Below the pieces are notes generated by a model, which searched no databases, was not told the DNA's origin, and saw nothing but the letters and a program-made list of their open reading frames with translations. Source: Candidatus Cloacimonadota bacterium (GTDB taxonomy: Bacteria > Cloacimonadota > Cloacimonadia > JGIOTU-2). From it: DNA of 64,000 nt. How positions within the stretch are numbered: the stretch's first letter is position 1; each line of letters opens with the position of its first letter. A program made the position numbers and the translations under genes. Positions 51,513 through 59,848 of the stretch are shown in pieces. The stretch covers positions 4,859 through 68,858 of the forward strand of contig JAYEOL010000022.1 of assembly GCA_034722995.1 (NCBI GenBank). Direction: 5' to 3'.

Positions 51513-52532
51513 ATGAATTTACCAAAGATTGCTGTCATCGGCTCTGGCTCATGGGGTTTTAACCATGTAAGAACTTTTTATTCATTAAAAAATTGTGAAC
51601 TTGTTTGTGTATGTGATCTAATTCCAGAAAATCTCCAAAGAGTAAAAAAGCAATTTCCAGATGTTAATACGGAAAATGACTATAAAAAGATTATTATCAG
51701 TCCTGACATAGACGCTGTGGTTGTAGCAACCAACGCAGAAACCCACTATGAAATTGCAAAGAATGCACTTATTGCGGGAAAGCACTGCTTTGTTGAAAAA
51801 CCTATCACTTTGAACATTAATGGAGCTGAAGAGTTGGTTGATTTAGCAAATCAAAATAAACTAATTTTGATGGTCGGTCATCTTCTTTTATATCATTCTG
51901 CTATTGATTATTTAAAAAATTTAGTTGATGACAAAAAAATTGGTGATGTGCTTTATATTTATTCTCAAAGAGTAAATCTCGGCAAGGTTCGTTCAACAGA
52001 AAATGCACTCTGGAGTTTTGCACCGCATGATATTTCTATTATGCTTTTTCTTATAAATGAAAAACCTGTTAGAGTTTCTGCAACGGGACAAAGTTTTTTG
52101 CAGAAAAAAGAGCAGATTTACGATGTCGTATTTTTCACTATCTATTTTGAAAATGGAGTCATAGCAACAGGACAGGTTAGCTGGCTTGACCCACATAAAA
52201 TCAGAAAATTTACTATTGTAGGAAGCAAAAAAATGGTCACTTTTGATGATATGGAAATACGGGAGAAAATCAGAATCTACGACAAAGGTGTGGATGCATC
52301 TCATGTAACTTATGATTCCTTTGCTGAATCTCTTATTCTTCACGATGGTGATATAACTATTCCGAAAATCAATCTTGGTGAACCATTAAAAAGAGAGGAC
52401 AGCCATTTTATAGATTGTATCATGAATCATGAAAAACCTTTGACTGATGGGCAGAATGGACTGGATGTGCTTAAAGTTTTGGTTGCTGCTCAAAAGTCTT
52501 TAGAAAATAATGGGCAACCGGAAAAAATTTAA
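51513..52532 (+). CDS. Gfo/Idh/MocA-family NAD-dependent oxidoreductase (WbpB-like UDP-sugar 3-dehydrogenase)
   Basis: Rossmann IAVIGSGSWG. Family features EKP and HLLLYH are present. Confidence 0.75.
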   Translation: MNLPKIAVIGSGSWGFNHVRTFYSLKNCELVCVCDLIPENLQRVKKQFPDVNTENDYKKIIISPDIDAVVVATNAETHYEIAKNALIAGKHCFVEKPITLNINGAEELVDLANQNKLILMVGHLLLYHSAIDYLKNLVDDKKIGDVLYIYSQRVNLGKVRSTENALWSFAPHDISIMLFLINEKPVRVSATGQSFLQKKEQIYDVVFFTIYFENGVIATGQVSWLDPHKIRKFTIVGSKKMVTFDDMEIREKIRIYDKGVDASHVTYDSFAESLILHDGDITIPKINLGEPLKREDSHFIDCIMNHEKPLTDGQNGLDVLKVLVAAQKSLENNGQPEKI

Positions 52533-52540
52533 AATTCAAA

Positions 52541-52693
52541 ATGAAATTCAATAAACTTCCCAAGAATGTATTAGAAAAATTTCCAGAGTTGGTAAAACTT
52601 TTAAAGAATGATAAAAACATAGTAGCTTTTTATGTATCTAATAGTGCTGAAACTGGTAACTTAAAACCTCTTAGTGATTTAGATTTTAAATAA
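52541..52693 (+). pseudogene. Degenerate minimal nucleotidyltransferase (MNT) antitoxin. The 50-aa ORF ends at a TAA, and the reading continues in frame for 22 more codons.
   Basis: IVAFYVSNSAETGNLKPLSDLDF is the G[SG]..x..SD.D motif. After the stop, ...FRDQFDKTFLEKLGYVGL resembles the MNT C-terminal helix. Confidence 0.4.
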
Positions 52694-52736
52694 TTTCGTG
52701 ACCAGTTTGATAAAACTTTTCTTGAGAAATTAGGAT

Positions 52737-53186
52737 ATGTTGGATTATAAAATAAATGATCACTTGCAAAGATTAGTTAGATGTTTCAATGGATTAAAAA
52801 ATATTAGAAAGCGCCCCAAAAGTGAGTTTTTAGTAATTGACTTTTTACAAGCAAGTAGCGAGAGATATTTAAAATTGGCAATTGAAAGCTGTATGAATAT
52901 AGGTAACTCCATTATTTTGCTTGAACAGTTTAACAAAAAAATTCCAACATCAAGGACTAATGCTGATATTTTTATAGTATTATCAAAAATTGGAGTAATT
53001 GATGAGCATTTTTCTTTTGAACTAATAAGAATGATAGAACTTTATAATCGTTTAGAGCATATTTATTGGAATATTAATAAAGAAGAAATGTATAATATTA
53101 TTCAAACAAATTTAGGAAATTTTAAGAAATTTATTGAATGTGTAATTCAATATTATAATAAAAAATATAAAGTTCATTGTGCTTAG
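52737..53186 (+). CDS. HepT/DUF86-like HEPN-domain protein (putative toxin partner of the MNT)
   Basis: 149 aa. C-terminal YNRLEHIYW resembles the DUF86 R(N)xLxHxY HEPN motif. Confidence 0.5.
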   Translation: MLDYKINDHLQRLVRCFNGLKNIRKRPKSEFLVIDFLQASSERYLKLAIESCMNIGNSIILLEQFNKKIPTSRTNADIFIVLSKIGVIDEHFSFELIRMIELYNRLEHIYWNINKEEMYNIIQTNLGNFKKFIECVIQYYNKKYKVHCA

Positions 53187-53213
53187 TAAAGTATTCAGAA
53201 AAAACGAGGAAAA

Positions 53214-53462
53214 ATGAAAGCAATAAGACAGGTTAAAGAAGTAAAAAATCACCAGGTATTGGTAAGACTACCTGAAGATTTTGGGAACAAAGAAGTTGAA
53301 GTAATTATAATACCTCTTAATGAAATAGATAAAGAAAAATTGAGTGCCAGAGATAAATTTTTGAAATTTCTATTAAGTGGACCTACTTTGAGCCCAGAAG
53401 AGATACAGAGAATAGAAGCAATGCAAAGGGAGTTTAATCAATGGCCAATAGAAAAATTTTGA
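53214..53462 (+). CDS. vapB: VapB-type antitoxin (AbrB/SpoVT-like N-terminus)
   Basis: 82 aa. Swapped-hairpin-like N-terminus (KEVKNHQVLVRLPEDF), acidic C-terminus. Overlaps the downstream PIN gene. Confidence 0.6.
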   Translation: MKAIRQVKEVKNHQVLVRLPEDFGNKEVEVIIIPLNEIDKEKLSARDKFLKFLLSGPTLSPEEIQRIEAMQREFNQWPIEKF

Positions 53463-53836
53463 TAGATACTTCCATAGTAATTGAATATGTAAGAAAGAAA
53501 AATAAGGCAAAGACTATTTTGTATGAACTCTATAAATCTTATGATGAACTTTTTATTTCTTCTATCACCGTCTTTGAAATTTTTGTTGGTGTAAATATAG
53601 AAAATGTTAATTTAATCAATCAGTTATTTGAAGGATTTAGAATTTTACCATTTGACTTAACGATTGCAAAAATCGCATCTCAAGTTTACAATGAATTAAA
53701 ATCTCAAAATAAAATAATTGAATTCAGAGATATTTTTATTGCCGCAACCGCTATTGGCAATAGTTTATCAGTAGTTACTTTAAATACTAAAGACTTTGAA
53801 AGGATTCCAAATCTGGAAATTCTAAAAAGTTTTTGA
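53441..53836 (+). CDS. vapC: PIN-domain ribonuclease toxin VapC
   Basis: ILIDTSIVIEY (first D), FIAATAI, VTLNTKDF are the PIN acidic-residue positions; 131 aa. Confidence 0.8.
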   Translation: MANRKILIDTSIVIEYVRKKNKAKTILYELYKSYDELFISSITVFEIFVGVNIENVNLINQLFEGFRILPFDLTIAKIASQVYNELKSQNKIIEFRDIFIAATAIGNSLSVVTLNTKDFERIPNLEILKSF

Positions 53837-53867
53837 TACTGCAAGAAAGGAATAGAAAGGAATAGAT

Positions 53868-55043
53868 ATGAAAATACCAATGTTAGACCTTAACGCCCAA
53901 TATGAGCCAATTAAAGATGATGTGTTAAATGCAATAAAAGAGGTTTTTGAATCCAAAAGATTTATAAACGGACCTCAAATTACAGAATTGGAAGAGAAAA
54001 TTGCAGGATATTGTCAGTGCAAATATGCAATAGGCGTTTCTTCTGGAACAGATGCAATTTTGATTTCCTTAATGGCAATGGAAATTGGACAGGGAGATGA
54101 GGTCATTACGACACCATTTACTTTTTTCGCAACAGCAGGTTGCATTTATCGTATGGGTGCAAAGCCTGTTTTTGTAGATATTGACCCCAAAACATATAAT
54201 ATAAATCCTAATCTGATTGAAGAAAAAATTACTGACAAAACAAAAGCCATCATTCCTGTTCATCTTTTTGGGCAGATAGCTGAGATGGACAAAATAAATG
54301 GGATTGCAAAAAAACATAATCTTTATGTAATTGAAGATGCTGCACAGGCTATCGGTTCAGAATATTTACCCTGTGGAATAAATATTACGCAGAATAAAAG
54401 CAATTATAATAAAAATAGTATTCCACAGGGCGAGGGTAAAAGAGCTGGTTCAATAGGTGATGTAGGCTGCTTCTCATTTTTCCCGAGCAAAAATCTCGGC
54501 TGTTGCGGTGACGGTGGAATGGTTACAACAAATAACGAAGAATTAGCAGAAAAAATAAGAGTACTCCGAGCTCATGGGAGTAAACCAAAATATTATCATA
54601 AAATTATTGGTGGTAATTTTAGACTTGATACTATTCAAGCAGCGGTTTTATTAGTTAAATTCCCATTATTAGAAAAATGGCATAAAGGTCGTCAGAAAAA
54701 TGCTCTTTACTATAATAAAAGATTGAACAATACTGTTGAAACCCCGTATGTAGAAAATTATAATAGGATGATTTATAATCAATATACGATTAGAGGTAAA
54801 AATAGAAATAGACTTCAACACCATTTAAAAGATTCCAATATTGGAAATGCGATTTACTATCCTGTTCCGCTTCACCTTCAAGAATGTTTTGCATATCTTG
54901 GGTATGAAGAAGGAGATTTACCAGAAGCAGAAAAAGCATCAAATGAAGTAATTTCAATACCAATTTATCCCGAATTGACAGATGAACAAAAGGATTATAT
55001 AATTGAAGAGGTAAAAAGAGGTATAGGGGATATAAAGGTATAA
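53868..55043 (+). CDS. DegT/DnrJ/EryC1/StrS-family PLP aminotransferase (WbpE-like) carrying an in-frame insertion of about 22 aa
   Basis: Conserved blocks either side (AIGSEY / KRAGSIGDVGCFSFFPSKNLG.GDGG). 391 aa versus about 365 aa typical. Confidence 0.85.
   Translation: MKIPMLDLNAQYEPIKDDVLNAIKEVFESKRFINGPQITELEEKIAGYCQCKYAIGVSSGTDAILISLMAMEIGQGDEVITTPFTFFATAGCIYRMGAKPVFVDIDPKTYNINPNLIEEKITDKTKAIIPVHLFGQIAEMDKINGIAKKHNLYVIEDAAQAIGSEYLPCGINITQNKSNYNKNSIPQGEGKRAGSIGDVGCFSFFPSKNLGCCGDGGMVTTNNEELAEKIRVLRAHGSKPKYYHKIIGGNFRLDTIQAAVLLVKFPLLEKWHKGRQKNALYYNKRLNNTVETPYVENYNRMIYNQYTIRGKNRNRLQHHLKDSNIGNAIYYPVPLHLQECFAYLGYEEGDLPEAEKASNEVISIPIYPELTDEQKDYIIEEVKRGIGDIKV
54369..54430 (+). repeat. 62-nt element with perfect 12-bp terminal IRs (ccctgtggaata / tattccacaggg) inserted in frame inside the DegT aminotransferase CDS
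   Basis: IRs read directly. The insertion encodes LPCGINITQNKSNYNKNSIPQG between the conserved EY and K(R)AGS blocks. Confidence 0.75.
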
Positions 55044-55111
55044 GGAAATAGGGTAGAAATTAAAGATTAAAGTGCTGAAAAGATTAAAGCAAAAAAGAGA
55101 GGAGAAACAAA

Positions 55112-55465
55112 ATGGCAATAAAAACACCAAACATTAACAATGTAACTTTAGCCGGAAACATTGTAAGAGACCCAGAAATACGAGAAGTTGGTGAGAAAAA
55201 GACGAAAGTTACTACAATTACAGTAGCAAATAACCGTCCGTATCAAGATAAAGATGGGAAATGGCAAAAGGAGACTACTTTTGTTGATGCTGAAGTATGG
55301 GGTTTACAAGCAGAAAAACTCGGTGAATACGGCAAAAAAGGCACGCCAGTTATTGTGGAAGGAAATCTAAAACTTAATAAGTGGGAAGATAAAGAAGGAA
55401 AATCGTATTCTAAATTACGGATAAGAGCCAATAGAATTCATATTCTAAATTATCCAGAGAAATAG
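55112..55465 (+). CDS. ssb: Single-stranded DNA-binding protein, OB domain only, no acidic C-terminal tail (copy 1)
   Basis: Aligns to the E. coli SSB OB fold (NNVTLAGNIVRDPEIR..., VWGLQAEKLGEYGKKGTPVIVEGNLKLNKWEDKEGK); 117 aa. Confidence 0.85.
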   Translation: MAIKTPNINNVTLAGNIVRDPEIREVGEKKTKVTTITVANNRPYQDKDGKWQKETTFVDAEVWGLQAEKLGEYGKKGTPVIVEGNLKLNKWEDKEGKSYSKLRIRANRIHILNYPEK

Positions 55466-55601
55466 TGCTCCGATTTATCGGAGTGAATCTAGATAGTTAT
55501 AAAATTTTGGAAAAAGATTAAAGTGCTTGAAAGATTAAAGATTAAAGTTCTGGAAAGATTAATGCAAAAATGAGATATGGCAAAATATGATAAAATATAA
55601 A

Positions 55602-55765
55602 TTAGGATTAGCCCCACAATTTATTGTGGGGTAAAGAAATAAAAGAATATTTTAACTGTTTCAACAGTTTACCCGCTTACAGAAAGAGTTTATGGGAAAC
55701 CGATGAATCGGTTAAGTATTTCTTTTTTTTAGGTTCCCCCTGATAAATCAGGGGGCTAATCCTAA
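55602..55765. repeat. 164-bp nested inverted-repeat element between SSB copies 1 and 2: outer 11-bp IR (ttaggattagc / gctaatcctaa) enclosing four hairpins
   Basis: Hairpins ccccacaat/attgtgggg, aactgtt/aacagtt, aaccgat/atcggtt and ccccctgat/atcaggggg, read directly. Followed by tattttgcagaacccat, a copy of the right TIR at 38590-38605. Confidence 0.55.
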
Positions 55766-55816
55766 AAATATCTATTTTGCAGAACCCATTTAATGCAAAA
55801 AAGAGAGGATAACACA

Positions 55817-56170
55817 ATGGCTATCAGAACACCAAACATTAACAATGTAACTTTAGCCGGAAACATTGTAAGAGACCCAGAAATACGAGAAGTTGGTGAG
55901 AAAAAGACGAAAGTTACTACAATTACAGTAGCAAATAACCGTCCGTATCAAGATAAAGATGGGAAATGGCAAAAAGAGACTACTTTTGTTGATGCTGAAG
56001 TATGGGGTTTACAAGCAGAAAAACTCGGTGAATATGGCAAAAAAGGCACGCCAGTTATTGTGGAAGGGAATCTAAAACTTAATAAGTGGGATGATAAAGA
56101 AGGAAAGTCTCATTCTAAATTACTGATAAGAGCGAATAGAGTTCATATTCTAAATTATTCGGAGAAATGA
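55817..56170 (+). CDS. ssb: Tail-less SSB paralog (copy 2)
   Basis: About 97% nucleotide identity to copy 1. The conserved start is the ATG at 55817 with the same AGAGAGGA RBS (the track ORF starts upstream at 55793). Confidence 0.8.
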   Translation: MAIRTPNINNVTLAGNIVRDPEIREVGEKKTKVTTITVANNRPYQDKDGKWQKETTFVDAEVWGLQAEKLGEYGKKGTPVIVEGNLKLNKWDDKEGKSHSKLLIRANRVHILNYSEK

Positions 56171-56312
56171 TAAAGTAACAAAGTGATAAAGTAAAAAGCA
56201 AAAATCAATCAGGCTTTGCAAAGCTACGCCATGACAAGAAAGGAAAAATCAGAAATTAGAAATAAAATAAACCAAATTATTGAAAATCTAATTAGAGAAT
56301 AAAAAATTTTAT

Positions 56313-56492
56313 ATGAAACGCATTGTGCATAAGTCCCATAGTTTTAAAGAAGCTGAAAAGTGGGATATCCAGCAACAGATAAACATGACCCCACAGCAGA
56401 GATTGGAATCTGCAAAAGAATTAAGCAAAAGGGTGTACGGAACAAATTTGCTGGATGTTCGAGAATATCATGAAAGAAATAAGAAAAAATAA
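56313..56492 (+). CDS. Small partner protein of the NTase module (family member 3, 59 aa; below the track cutoff)
   Basis: MKRIVHKSHSFKEAEKWDIQQQINMTPQQRLESAKELSKRVYG... shares the TPxxR motif and overlaps the NTase start. Confidence 0.4.
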   Translation: MKRIVHKSHSFKEAEKWDIQQQINMTPQQRLESAKELSKRVYGTNLLDVREYHERNKKK

Positions 56493-56961
56493 TTATTCCC
56501 CCGATGTTCTTGAACTGATGGCATTGTTATACAAAAATAAAGTAGAATACTTAATTGTTGGTGGTCAGGCTGTGATTTATTATGGACATGTTAGACTTAC
56601 AGGTGATATTGATTTTCTATACAATCAGACTGAGAAAAATGTTGATAAACTCTACATTACGCTCCTTGAATTCTGGAATAATGATATACCTGGACTTCAC
56701 GATAAAAATGAGTTGATGGAAAAGAATGTTATCTTTCAGTTTGGTGCGGTTCCAAATCGTATAGATTTGATTAGCAAAATCGAAGCAGTAAATTTCAAAG
56801 GAGCATGGCAAAAACGAGAAATCGTTAAAATTAATACTGGGAACGAAATACTAGAAGTGTATTTTATTGATGCTGAAAATTTGATAAAAAATAAAGAAAC
56901 GCTCAAAAGAGAAAAAGATCTTGATGACTTAAAATATTTAAAGCAGATTAAATTGAAATAA
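56455..56961 (+). CDS. AbiEii-like / minimal nucleotidyltransferase-fold protein (module copy 2)
   Basis: YLIVGGQAVIYYGHVRLTGDIDFL. Confidence 0.6.
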   Translation: MFENIMKEIRKNNYSPDVLELMALLYKNKVEYLIVGGQAVIYYGHVRLTGDIDFLYNQTEKNVDKLYITLLEFWNNDIPGLHDKNELMEKNVIFQFGAVPNRIDLISKIEAVNFKGAWQKREIVKINTGNEILEVYFIDAENLIKNKETLKREKDLDDLKYLKQIKLK

Positions 56962-56991
56962 TATAACGGGAAAAAAGAGAGGAGAAACAAA

Positions 56992-57339
56992 ATGGCAATA
57001 AGAACACCAAACATTAACAATGTAACTTTAGCCGGAAACATTGTAAGAGACCCAGAAATACGAGAAGTTGGTGAGAAAAAGACGAAAGTGACAACAATTA
57101 CAGTAGCAAATAACCGTCCGTATCAAGATAAAGATGGGAAATGGCAAAAAGAGACTACTTTTGTTGATGCTGAAGTATGGGGTTTACAAGCAGAAAAACT
57201 CGGTGAATATGGCAAAAAAGGCACGCCAGTTATTGTGGAAGGGAATCTAAAACTTAATAAGTGGGATGATAAAGAAGGAAAGTCTCATTCTAAATTACTG
57301 ATAAGAGCGAAAAGAGTTCATATTCTGGTCATGCCATAG
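56992..57339 (+). CDS. ssb: Tail-less SSB paralog (copy 3), with an altered 3' end
   Basis: Near-identical to copies 1 and 2, including the 25-nt upstream region. The last codons differ (…HILVMP*) because of a 16-nt indel. Confidence 0.8.
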   Translation: MAIRTPNINNVTLAGNIVRDPEIREVGEKKTKVTTITVANNRPYQDKDGKWQKETTFVDAEVWGLQAEKLGEYGKKGTPVIVEGNLKLNKWDDKEGKSHSKLLIRAKRVHILVMP

Positions 57340-57827
57340 GCATAATTCCAGAGAAGTAGCATTCCGATTTATCGGAGTGAATATAGGTAGTCATAAAATT
57401 TTATAGCTAACTCTTTCAAACAAGTATGAAATTTGAGGAGTCCCGAAAACAAATTGGGGCATCCCATTAAATAGGAAAAGATTTAACCCCAGTGAAATAG
57501 TCCCGATATACCCGTTCTCCCCGCCTTCCATCCGGATTTGTCGGGAGGACTGCGTTTCGGAGCTGGCGGGTAGATTCGGGTTTATCCCAAATCAAAATAA
57601 AATGAAGGCGTTTTCAGATGAAACATACATGTCCCCGATGTCTCGGGGACGCAAAGGAGAATGAAAATTGAATTTGTTTGCGTTACAAAGTAAAATTTTG
57701 GTAAAGAACTGGATTCCCGCGTTCGCGGTAATGACAGCTTGTTTTGACATTTGTGATTGTTAGCACCAGTTATGATTATAATGAATAAGGTGTACTTTGT
57801 GCCTTTGTGGTTAGAAAGGATTTTCAG

Positions 57828-58889
57828 ATGAAAAATTCAAAAATATTAATAACCGGAGCTGCAGGTTTTATTGGATTTCATCTATGTAAGAAATTAGTAA
57901 ACGATAACTTTTATGTTGTTGGTCTGGACAATATTAGTGATTATTACGATGTCGGCTTAAAATATGGCAGATTAGAAGAATTAGGTATTAAAACCCCGAA
58001 TATTCACTATAATGAAATCGTAAATAGTGAGAAATATAATAATTTTGATTTTATCAGATTAGATTTGAAAGAGAAGCCGAAATTGTTGAAAGTATTTGAA
58101 AAATACAATTTTGAATATGTTGTTAATTTAGCAGCTCAAGCAGGTGTCAGATATAGCATTCAAAATCCTGATGCATACTTGGAAAGTAATATTATCGGAT
58201 TCTATAATATTTTAGAATGTTGTAAAATTTATAAAATCAGACATCTCGTTTATGCAAGCAGTTCATCTGTATATGGTTTGAATGAAAAGATGCCGCTATC
58301 AACGACTGATAATGTTGACCATCCTATTAGTTTATACGCAGCAAGTAAGAAGAGCAATGAATTATTAGCACATTGTTATAGTCATCTGTATAATCTGCCA
58401 ACTACAGGTTTGAGATTTTTTACAGTGTATGGTCCCTGGGGAAGGCCTGATATGGCATATTTTCTATTTACAAAGAGGATTTTGGAAGACAAACCGATTA
58501 ATGTTTATAATTATGGCAAAATGGAAAGGGATTTTACTTATATTGATGATGTAGTTGAAGGTGTTAAACGAGTCATCACAAGTATTCCGAAGCCGGACCA
58601 AAATTGGAGTGGGGAAAAACCAAATCCAGGAACATCAAAAGCACCATTCAAGATATACAATATTGGGAATAATGCACCAGTAAAATTAATGGACTTTATT
58701 GAGGAGATTGAAAAAAAACTGAATAAAAAAGCTAAGAAGAATATGATGCCTTTACAATCTGGTGATATTCCAAAGACGCATGCAGATGTTAGTAATTTAG
58801 TAAAGGAAGTAAATTATCACCCAAATACTTCATTTAAAAAAGGGATTTCAAATTTCATTGATTGGTATCTGGATTTTTACGATAAGTAA
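57828..58889 (+). CDS. NAD-dependent nucleotide-sugar epimerase (UDP-glucuronate 4-epimerase-like)
   Basis: GAAGFIGFHL, YASSSSVYG, catalytic YAASKK; AAGGA RBS before the ATG at 57828. Confidence 0.85.
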   Translation: MKNSKILITGAAGFIGFHLCKKLVNDNFYVVGLDNISDYYDVGLKYGRLEELGIKTPNIHYNEIVNSEKYNNFDFIRLDLKEKPKLLKVFEKYNFEYVVNLAAQAGVRYSIQNPDAYLESNIIGFYNILECCKIYKIRHLVYASSSSVYGLNEKMPLSTTDNVDHPISLYAASKKSNELLAHCYSHLYNLPTTGLRFFTVYGPWGRPDMAYFLFTKRILEDKPINVYNYGKMERDFTYIDDVVEGVKRVITSIPKPDQNWSGEKPNPGTSKAPFKIYNIGNNAPVKLMDFIEEIEKKLNKKAKKNMMPLQSGDIPKTHADVSNLVKEVNYHPNTSFKKGISNFIDWYLDFYDK

Positions 58890-58899
58890 AAAAGATTAT

Positions 58900-59006
58900 C
58901 CATCCTCCGTCCCGAAAAAAGTCGGGACTGCGCCTGTCCACCGTAATATCCGTTCTCCATAGCAGTGCTACTGCGAAGGATGAACTATGGAAGGCGGGGA
59001 GGATGG
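58900..59006. repeat. Nested IR element: outer ccatcctcc / ggaggatgg enclosing hairpin gtcccgaaaaaagtcgggac and a ctccatag[cagtgctactg]…ctatggaag stem
   Basis: Read directly. The core ccgttctccatagcagtgctactgcgaaggatgaa recurs in the opposite orientation at 46385-46419. Confidence 0.55.
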
Positions 59007-59103
59007 GAAGAGCAAAGATTAAAGACCAAAGCAATCCGTCTTCGTCCCGATAAAAGATTCGGGACTACGCCGAGACTGAAGAAAAAGCAATGAATAATGA
59101 ACA

Positions 59104-59289
59104 ATGAACAAAGAAAAAGGAACTATAGAAAGAAAATATACCCCAGAACAAAAACTCATTGCATTTATGAGCTTATATAATGCGGCTCGCGAATTGAAAT
59201 TTGCTGCGCTGAAACATAAACATCCCGAATTGTCTGACGAAGAAATAGAAAAAGAAGTAATAAAGATTTTCAAATATGCAACTTCCTGA
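59104..59289 (+). CDS. Small partner protein of the NTase module (family member 2)
   Basis: 61 aa, ...YTPEQKLIAFMSLYNAAREL...; overlaps the downstream NTase gene. Confidence 0.45.
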   Translation: MNKEKGTIERKYTPEQKLIAFMSLYNAARELKFAALKHKHPELSDEEIEKEVIKIFKYATS

Positions 59290-59848
59290 CATTATTACAC
59301 TTTTCATAAAACCCCTCAATGAAAATGACTTACATTATGTAATCACAGGCTCTATTGCATCATTAATATATGGAGAAATCAGAGTTACTCACGATATAGA
59401 TTTATTATTAAATATTTCAGAGAATCAAGTGGCAGATTTTCTCAATGCCTATAGTTCAAAAGATTTTTATAAACCTCCTGTCGAAGTTGTGACCATCGAA
59501 TTTTCACGAACAGAACATGGTCACATTAATTTAATTCATAATGCAACAGGATTTAAGGCAGATGTATATTTTTGCGGCAGAGATAAATTAAATTTGTGGG
59601 CTTTGAGGAATTTCAAAAGAATTGAATTTAAAAACGGCTATTTGAAAGTCGCCCCTATTGAGTATGTAATTATAAAAAAACTTATGTATTATAGAGAATC
59701 AAATATGGAAAAACATGTTTTGGATATTATTGGAATGTTGAAGAAATCTTCTAAAGAGATAGATAATGAGATATTTGAGAATTTGATAGAGGAATATTCC
59801 TTACAAAAGGAATGGAATCATATAAAAAATCAATTAACCATATTATAG
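59276..59848 (+). CDS. AbiEii-like / minimal nucleotidyltransferase-fold protein (module copy 3)
   Basis: YVITGSIASLIYGEIRVTHDIDLL. Confidence 0.6.
   Translation: MQLPDIITLFIKPLNENDLHYVITGSIASLIYGEIRVTHDIDLLLNISENQVADFLNAYSSKDFYKPPVEVVTIEFSRTEHGHINLIHNATGFKADVYFCGRDKLNLWALRNFKRIEFKNGYLKVAPIEYVIIKKLMYYRESNMEKHVLDIIGMLKKSSKEIDNEIFENLIEEYSLQKEWNHIKNQLTIL

Noticed and set aside
44949-52693. Genome-wide reassignment of the TAG/TAA stop codons
   Set aside because: Only two in-frame stops were seen (alr TAG, MNT TAA), and both lie in a region full of other pseudogenes. Well-conserved genes across the window terminate with TAA, TAG and TGA at the expected positions.
55060-55575. Tandem (a)gattaaag units as a CRISPR array, or as a coding repeat
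   Set aside because: The units are 8-9 nt, far too short for CRISPR repeats, and irregularly spaced. There is no ORF across them. They are A-rich low-complexity spacer DNA shared by several intergenic regions.
55112-57339. Prophage, suggested by multiple ssb genes and TA modules
   Set aside because: No capsid, terminase, portal, tail, integrase or lysis genes are present in the window. The SSBs are embedded in a polysaccharide locus with repeat debris.
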